A stretch of 64,000 nucleotides of DNA from a bacterium. GTDB taxonomy: Bacteria; Electryoneota; RPQS01. The notes under the pieces are model-generated. The model was not told the origin of the DNA. It was given only the letters and a program-made list of their open reading frames with translations, and ran no database searches. The position numbers were made by a program, and so were the translations under genes. The DNA lies in contig JADKHW010000015.1 of NCBI GenBank assembly GCA_016721565.1, positions 6,731 through 70,730 on the forward strand. The letters are read 5' to 3'. Positions 58,238 to 64,000 of this stretch are shown one piece after another. Position 1 is the stretch's first letter, and each line of letters begins with the position of its first letter.

Positions 58238-58555
58238 ATGGCAGTCAAGAAGGCCAAGAAGAAGGCCACGAAGAAGAAAGCTACGGCTAAGAAGGCGACC
58301 AAGAAGAAAGCCACGAAGAAGAAAGCCGCCAAGAAGGCTACAGCTAAGAAGGCCACCAAGAAGAAAGCTACCAAGAAGAAAGTAGCCAAGAAGGCCACCA
58401 AGAAGAAAGCTACGAAGAAGAAAGCTACCAAGAAGAAAGCCGCCAAGAAGGCGACCAAGAAGAAAGCTACGGCTAAGAAGGCGACCAAGAAGAAAGCTAC
58501 CAAGAAGAAAGCTCGCCGCTCCAAGAAGAAAGCCGCTGCTCCGATGCCGATGTAA
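58238..58555 (+). CDS. Histone H1-like Lys/Ala/Thr-repeat basic protein
   Basis: AAGGAG lies 7 nt upstream of the ATG. The 105-aa product is almost entirely KKATKKKA(T/A) repeats. Confidence 0.8.
   Translation: MAVKKAKKKATKKKATAKKATKKKATKKKAAKKATAKKATKKKATKKKVAKKATKKKATKKKATKKKAAKKATKKKATAKKATKKKATKKKARRSKKKAAAPMPM
58247..58535 (+). repeat. In-frame tandem repeats (unit about 18 nt, AAGAAGAAAGCYACSAAG) inside the H1-like gene
   Basis: Visible periodic repetition of aagaagaaagc(t/c)ac(c/g/a) units. It produces the mirror FFLVAF ORF on the minus strand. Confidence 0.85.
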
Positions 58556-58580
58556 TCGGTTTCTGACTGGCTACGATATG

Positions 58581-58616
58581 CAAACGGTCTGGTTCACTCC
58601 AGACCGTTTGTTTTTT
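58581..58616 (+). terminator. Rho-independent terminator after H1-like gene
   Basis: CAAACGGTCTGG-ttcact-CCAGACCGTTTG followed by T6. Confidence 0.85.
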
Positions 58617-58722
58617 GTCTGGAGGGTGCTATATTCTTATGTAACTGACCTCGTACGGCGGTGGACCTGTCCTTGCAGGGAAACTAACATTCACCCCGTT
58701 CGTATAAATTCTGGAGTATATT

Positions 58723-60375
58723 ATGCCCGCAAAGACCTTATTAAAGAAACTATTGCAACGTCCCAACGCTGAAGAGACACTTGAACTTTTGCGCGCGCTG
58801 GCGGCAACGACGCACACGGCCAAAACGCTTGAAGCCTTCCACGATCAACTGCTTTTCTACAAGGCCTATCCCGTTTCTGACGGCGTCAGACGATTTTGTG
58901 ATAAAGAACTTGCTCACTTCCACGAACGCATCACCCCGGGCCTTGCAGATGCCTTGATTCAATCAGGAATTGCAGGGACGAAACTCTATTACGCGTTCGA
59001 TTATGCCAATGCGAGATTCATGCAAAAGCAATTAGGCGGATTTGCTGATTTAGATTGGGAAGATTACGAAGCCAAAGACCACGATCCATTGGCCAGTATG
59101 CTCTGGCTTCTGCTCGAAAATGCTGAAGCTGATGCCTGCGATTCTGAAACGTTGACTGTCCGCGAAATCCTGCAGCGCGCCGCCGGTTATCGGACAGTCC
59201 TTTCGATGCTGCTGAATCGATTTGACCAGATCTTCCCCGAGCAAGTCGCCGACACACTCTATAACGATGCGAGCCTGATGCTGGACATGACCCTCATTCC
59301 CGATGGCCCGTCACGCACCACGACGGCTCTCCCCCGCCCCAAAGACCTGTGGATCTGGTCGCCCGAAAATGCAAAGCTAAAGTTGAACTTTGCCGAAGAG
59401 ATTGCCCGGCCGCTTGAAATTCCTGCTCCTGCTTCAACGAAACGTGGTCAGGAACTCCTAAACATCGTGCATGGCACCTTAACAGTCCGCTCGCGCGAGT
59501 ATTTCGGCGCCGCACATGGCAATCCTGCTGAGATGTACGAGATTCAGCTTGAGCGAGGAGGTACGCTACTCGTGTGGTTCATGCAACCGCAGTGGAGATT
59601 GCCGCAAGAAGCAGGCTGGGGATTCCTGATGCTCAAAAACGGCGTCCCCATCAGCTACGGCGGCGGCGGCATGCATCCGGCCCGGCTCGAAATCGCCTTA
59701 AACCTTTTCGACACCTTCCGTGGCGGCGAAGCCGCGTGGATTTATGCTTCCCTTGTTCGCGCGGCTCGGGCCTTCTGTCCTGCTCCGTGGGTGATCGCCC
59801 GCAAATACCAAATCGGCTACGAAAACAAAGAAGCCCTCGCTTCCGGCGCCTATTGGTTCTATGACAAACTTGGTTTGCGTCCGACCACTCCGGCAGGCCG
59901 CAAAGTTGCCGATTCCGAGCGCAAGAAAATCGCCAAGACCAAAGGCTATCGCTCACCGATCACGGCCCTCAAGAAACTCTCCGATGCCGACGTCGTGTTA
60001 GGTGTGCACGGCCAAGACCCTGCTCCCTATCGTGAATATCCGCTTGATGAAGTCGGCATGCTCGCCGCGCAAAAGCTTTCCGAGTTTGGCCCCCGTGATA
60101 CAAATTTCCACAAGCGTCTATTGAAGGCCGTCGAAGAGCGGCTCGGTTTTGCTCTGCCCGCGATGCCCGCCTCCGAAAAGCACTGGGTCGGTCAACACGG
60201 TGCGTGGTTGCTGTCGCTCGACGAGACCAAGTCGTGGAGCAACGAGCAAAAAGCGACGTGGCTCGCAATGGCGCGTGGCAAAGGCGGAGCGTATGAGGCC
60301 GACTATCTGAAGAACGCGGCGAAGCTCTCCGGCTACTTCGATGCTTTGGCGGCGGAGGGATTGAAGAAGAAGTGA
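58723..60375 (+). CDS. Hypothetical 550-aa protein with a GNAT-like segment
   Basis: Clean ORF. The central region GFLMLKNGVPISYGGGG..KEALASGAYWFYDKLGLRP resembles the GNAT motif A/B region. This is a weak, by-eye match. Confidence 0.55.
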   Translation: MPAKTLLKKLLQRPNAEETLELLRALAATTHTAKTLEAFHDQLLFYKAYPVSDGVRRFCDKELAHFHERITPGLADALIQSGIAGTKLYYAFDYANARFMQKQLGGFADLDWEDYEAKDHDPLASMLWLLLENAEADACDSETLTVREILQRAAGYRTVLSMLLNRFDQIFPEQVADTLYNDASLMLDMTLIPDGPSRTTTALPRPKDLWIWSPENAKLKLNFAEEIARPLEIPAPASTKRGQELLNIVHGTLTVRSREYFGAAHGNPAEMYEIQLERGGTLLVWFMQPQWRLPQEAGWGFLMLKNGVPISYGGGGMHPARLEIALNLFDTFRGGEAAWIYASLVRAARAFCPAPWVIARKYQIGYENKEALASGAYWFYDKLGLRPTTPAGRKVADSERKKIAKTKGYRSPITALKKLSDADVVLGVHGQDPAPYREYPLDEVGMLAAQKLSEFGPRDTNFHKRLLKAVEERLGFALPAMPASEKHWVGQHGAWLLSLDETKSWSNEQKATWLAMARGKGGAYEADYLKNAAKLSGYFDALAAEGLKKK

Positions 60376-61586
60376 ACTCGTTTCGCCAGACGTTTAGCGC
60401 GTTTCGCCATCGCAACTACCGCTTGTTCTGGAGCGGTTTTGCGCTCTCTATTGTCGGGACGTGGATGCAGACGCTCGCGCAAGGTTGGCTCGTTTGGCGG
60501 TTGACTGAATCCGCGATGTGGCTCGGCATCATCGGTGCCATGTCGCAATTGCCGTCGCTGTTAATTGGCTCAATCGGCGGTGTGTTGGTGGATAGAACTC
60601 CCAAGAAGTTTGTGCTTTACATCACACAAACCGGCTTGGCAATTTGCGCGCTGACGCTGGCGGTGCTCACCTACACCGAGACCGTGAATGAGTGGCACAT
60701 CCTGATCCTTGCTACGTTGTCGGGATTCTTTATGGCGGTGGATGCTCCGGCGAGGCTTGCGTTTGTCGGAGACTTGGTTGGTAAAGAGGACATCGGCAAT
60801 GCGGTTGCGCTAAACTCCTCGACCTTTAACGGCGCGCGTTTGGTCGGGCCGTCGATTGCCGGAATTATCGTGCCGATATTTGGAGAGGGCGTTTGCTTTT
60901 TGCTGAACGCCCTCTCTTATTTGTCGTTGATTGTCACATTGTCACTCATGCGCAATCTGCCGCCGCCGACGGGAAATCCGCGCGAGCCGGTGCTCAAGCA
61001 ATTGCGCGATGCCTATAATTTCATCGTTCATGCTCCGGTTCAGCGCGTGCTGATTCGCAATGTGATCTTTCTCACGATATTCGGATTTTCCTATACGACT
61101 CTCCTCCCGATGTTCGCAGATGTTGTGTTAGGAAAAGGCGCGTCCGGATTAGGTGTCTTGATGTCAGCGGGTGGAATCGGTGCGCTGCTCGGTGGCTTGT
61201 GGCAAGCTTCAATGGATAAGGAGAGCAAGCGCGGGTGGGTGGTGATGATGGGGATGGCGGGATTGGGACTCGGGCTGCTGATCTTCTCTCTTTCCAAGCA
61301 GTTCGAGATTTCGATTATCGCGATGGCGATGGCGGGCTTCTCGGGGATTTCGATGCTCGCTTCCACCAACACTCTGTTGCAACAGCTCACACCGGATCAT
61401 TTGCGCGGGCGTGTGTTAGGCTTCTACACGTCAAGCTTCTTAGGTTTCGGGCCGTTCGGTGCGGTGATGCTCGGCGTGTTGGCACATAGCTTCGGGCCGC
61501 GCGTGGCGCTCGCGTTTGCCGGAGGAGTCTGTTTGATTGTGGCCAGTTACACGATTGTACACTATCGCAGATTACGGGCTGTGTAA
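60372..61586 (+). CDS. MFS transporter (EntS/MFS_3-like exporter)
   Basis: 404 aa with about 12 TM segments. FRHRNYRLFWSGFALSIVGTWMQ is typical of the MFS_3 family. The start overlaps the previous stop (GTGA). Confidence 0.8.
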   Translation: MNSFRQTFSAFRHRNYRLFWSGFALSIVGTWMQTLAQGWLVWRLTESAMWLGIIGAMSQLPSLLIGSIGGVLVDRTPKKFVLYITQTGLAICALTLAVLTYTETVNEWHILILATLSGFFMAVDAPARLAFVGDLVGKEDIGNAVALNSSTFNGARLVGPSIAGIIVPIFGEGVCFLLNALSYLSLIVTLSLMRNLPPPTGNPREPVLKQLRDAYNFIVHAPVQRVLIRNVIFLTIFGFSYTTLLPMFADVVLGKGASGLGVLMSAGGIGALLGGLWQASMDKESKRGWVVMMGMAGLGLGLLIFSLSKQFEISIIAMAMAGFSGISMLASTNTLLQQLTPDHLRGRVLGFYTSSFLGFGPFGAVMLGVLAHSFGPRVALAFAGGVCLIVASYTIVHYRRLRAV

Positions 61587-62242
61587 TGTGGCCATTCGGC
61601 AAAGCAGACATCGCGCATGAACTGAAGCGCCGCAAGATTGACTTGCTCTTGCACAGCACGCACGTCTCGATCAACTTGCCGCAGATTTTCGAGGACGGCT
61701 TCATTGACACTGCACGCGGGCTGAGATCGAGATTAGGCGCAAAGGCCGAGCGGCTGTTGCATGATCCGCGCAGGCTGGAGAAGTTCGTGGTTGGACTCGA
61801 CTACATCAACTGCTCGATTACCACTCCGAATTTTGAACTGCTCTATGCGCGCTCAAAATCCGCCTGGCAAACGGAGTGGGTGCATTTTGTGTTGGACACA
61901 AAACTCTTGGAGCATCCGGACACATTGTTCTGCCCTGTCTCCGCCGCGCAAGATTACGGTCAGCATGTGCAATACGGCATAGCCGGATTGCAATCCATGT
62001 TCGCCGAGCAAGTTGAAACATGGACTCGCACAGGTTTGCACAAGAGTGAGCCAACACATCCGCAAGCCGAGGCTCTTGTGAAGAGTCGTTTGTCACTTGA
62101 TAACGTTACAGAAATTCTCACAGCCAACGGCCAAGTTGCCACCGAAGTCGAACGGCTAACAGCGTTCTATCACCGCAACGTGCGCGTAAAAATTGGACCC
62201 AAGCTGTTCCTATGGCCAAAGAGATTGAAGAAGAAAGCATGA
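61586..62242 (+). CDS. Hypothetical protein with DarT/DUF4433-like (ADP-ribosyltransferase-fold) pattern
   Basis: The start overlaps the MFS stop (TAATG). LLLHSTHVSINLPQIFEDGF near the N-terminus and HPQAEALVKSRLSLDNVTEI near the C-terminus mirror the DarT layout as I recall it. No macrodomain partner is present. Confidence 0.4.
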   Translation: MWPFGKADIAHELKRRKIDLLLHSTHVSINLPQIFEDGFIDTARGLRSRLGAKAERLLHDPRRLEKFVVGLDYINCSITTPNFELLYARSKSAWQTEWVHFVLDTKLLEHPDTLFCPVSAAQDYGQHVQYGIAGLQSMFAEQVETWTRTGLHKSEPTHPQAEALVKSRLSLDNVTEILTANGQVATEVERLTAFYHRNVRVKIGPKLFLWPKRLKKKA

Positions 62243-62249
62243 GTGTAAC

Positions 62250-62273
62250 AACGGCGACCAATTGGTCGCCGTT
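62250..62273. terminator. Bidirectional hairpin between convergent genes
   Basis: AACGGCGACC-aatt-GGTCGCCGTT followed by TTCGTT. Confidence 0.75.
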
Positions 62274-62296
62274 TTCGTTCTGCACATCTCGTTTTC

Positions 62297-64000
62297 TTAT
62301 TTCAGCAACACTGCTTTCTGAGTTGCTGTAAATGTAGGAGTTTCAAGTCTTACAAAATACGCGCCGCTGGACAGGCCGTTGCCATTGAACTGCATCTGGT
62401 GCGAACCCGCAGCGAGCTTCCCGTCATACAGTGTGCTGGACATTCTTCCCAACACATCGTAAACCACCAACCGCCCCGTAACTTCGCGCGGCAAGTCAAA
62501 CGCAATGTTCGCCGTGTTGTTAAATGGGTTCGGGTAGATGGGATGTAAATTGAAGTTTGTGGGGATTTCGTTGTGATGTTCGGGCGTAGCTTAATGCGGC
62601 GGATATATCGTAGATGTACGTTGCAAGAGGTTGAGATGCAATTACTAAGTTGTGATTAGTTTCGATTGAAGCAACCGATATTGCTTGCGACATGTAATAG
62701 CCTACAAGCGAGGGAGAACTTGGGTTTGACACATTTATGACTAGCAAGCCACCACGGTCGTCTCCAATAATGACTCGATCTTCCAACAGTATTATCCGAC
62801 GTGATGATGCCCAAGTATCAAAATGCCCTGCTTCATTAGGCATCGTTGGATTAGAAATATCAAGGATTACAAGACCATTTTCGTCGTCAGCAATGTACGC
62901 GAAGTTGCCTGAGACGACAACGTCTTGTGCGAATCCCGGAGTGTCATAAATACTTAACTGTACTGGGTGACTTGGATTTGAAATGTCGATGATCCTGAAA
63001 TCTTCATAGCTAGCAACATACGCAATATCGCCTGCTATAGCTACATTTTGAGCATCGGCCATAGGGGAAACTCCGACAATCTGTGGCACGTGAGGATCAG
63101 TGACGTCAATTATCAGAAAATCATTGTCAGCGAAATAAACGTAGTTTCCAACTACCTTCAGCCCGTTTGCAGCGTCAGGCGTCTCGATGAAGGAAATCTC
63201 GATCGGTAAGACCCGATTTGAAATGTCATATATTCGCATCCCGCCCCAACCAAATGCGCAGTACATATACGAACCTGAGAATGCAATATCTAATATGTAC
63301 CCATCCGTTTCAAACGTCTCAATTTCAATCGGATTTGCCGGATTCGCAACATTCAATATACGCAATCCATTGGGCCATCCTGTGACGTAGGCGAAGGAGT
63401 CAATCGTTGCCACAGTTTGAATAACGTCCGGCGTGTCTTCAAATCCAATTTCAATTGGAACAGCAGGATCGTTAATATCAATGAATCTCACTCCTCTTGA
63501 GTCATCAGCCACAGCAACTAGGCCATTTGAAACTGACACCCCACTTGGTGTACCAGGAGTTTGTACTTCGCCTATAAGGCGTGGCGTAGCCGGCTCTGGA
63601 AACATCTATTAAACGCAAACTATCTGAGTCGGTTATGAATGCAATCTCCCGCTAACATCGACTCCTCGGGTAATAAGCGGAGTATTATATGCGCCGACAA
63701 GTGAAGGTGATGTTGGGTCTGATATGTCAATTATTTGCAGACCTGCGTCAAATGAAGCTACAAATGCATATGATCCGGCAACAGCTATATCAACCGCGTT
63801 ACCAAGGAGTGCTATTTCTCCGGCGAGAACAGGCGACGTTGGAACAGAAACATCAACTATTTGTAGTCCGGCAAAATCGTCTGCAACATAGACTAAGTTA
63901 CCACTCTTCGCGAGTGCCGTAGCATTGCCAGGAGTGTCATAGAAACCTACTTCGACAGGAATATCAAGACTTGTTATGTCGACAATTCTCAATCCATAGT
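62297..64000 (-). CDS. LVIVD-repeat beta-propeller protein with T9SS CTD (5' end outside window; at least 3 frameshifts)
   Basis: LVIVD-type repeats include GLRILNVANPANPIEI, GMRIYDISNRVLPIEI, FLIIDVTDPHVPQIVG, FRIIDISNPSHPVQL, GLVILDISNPTMPNE and GLLVINVSNPSSPSLVG. CTD: IPTNFNLHPIYPNPFNNTANIAFDLPREV..GAYFVRLETPTFTATQKAVLLK. Frame breaks fall near 62590, 63600 and 63650. Confidence 0.8.

Noticed and set aside
57964-58524. 186-aa minus-strand ORF with FFLVAF repeats.
   Set aside because: It is the reverse-complement reading of the AAG/AAA/GCC repeat that encodes the H1-like protein. The plus-strand gene has an AAGGAG RBS and a strong terminator.
61586-62300. DarT-DarG toxin-antitoxin pair.
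   Set aside because: Only the DarT-like gene is present. The next gene is a convergent T9SS protein and the upstream gene is an MFS transporter. No macrodomain ORF is found in any frame nearby.
1-64000. CRISPR arrays, tRNA/rRNA genes, IS elements, integrases, and prophage or defence-island hallmarks.
   Set aside because: Scanning both strands by eye found none of the following:
- Regularly spaced direct repeats, other than the coding KKAT repeat
- A GGTTCGAATCC-type T-arm with acceptor pairing
- Transposase, recombinase or RT motifs in any listed ORF

Overview
This 64-kb chromosomal fragment is about 50% G+C by eye. It looks like an uncultured FCB-type bacterium, because six proteins end in the T9SS/Por C-terminal sorting domain (..YPNPFNP(T/S)T.I.F....KM.LLK). 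I saw no rRNA, tRNA, CRISPR array, transposase, integrase or phage genes, so this is mostly ordinary chromosome rather than an obvious island.

Gene content, left to right:
- Secreted T9SS cargo proteins, a class II photolyase and a ClC channel.
- A 1405-aa methyltransferase/glycosyltransferase mega-enzyme followed by a frameshift-riddled MTase+GT4 tail.
- mgsA fused to a methionine-salvage operon (mtnB-mtnD-mtnC) plus a convergent aminotransferase.
- An OmpA/TSP3 protein.
- A sulfur-oxyanion respiration-like cluster: octaheme OTR-type cytochrome, cytochrome b, and YeeE/YedE halves, one fused to rhodanese.
- A hemerythrin/DUF438/PAS protein, an XRE-cupin regulator and a beta-CASP MBL hydrolase.
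- A translationally coupled sixA / Tmk-like / Tmk-like / Ppx-GppA operon.
- A roughly 1600-aa T9SS surface protein, two tandem PAP2/vanadium-haloperoxidase-like lipoproteins and dCMP deaminase.
- Two tandem membrane GT2 synthases, mutY, polA and an H1-like KKAT-repeat protein.
- A GNAT-like / MFS / DarT-like operon and an LVIVD-repeat T9SS protein.

Caveat: about 20 genes or gene parts are broken by single-base frameshifts, mostly at homopolymers, plus two in-frame TAGs. The consensus is probably error-prone, so pseudogene calls are provisional.

Most interesting candidates:
1. A promoter / leaderless Cys-Met-rich micro-ORF / terminator module directly upstream of the mgsA-mtn operon.
2. A GC-rich, helix-dense 0.35-kb intergenic island of unknown RNA class.
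3. An orphan DarT-like ADP-ribosyltransferase-fold gene coupled to an MFS exporter.
4. The sixA-tmkL-tmkL-ppx operon.
5. A gene with a G8 tract in its promoter spacer and an A9 tract in its coding region.
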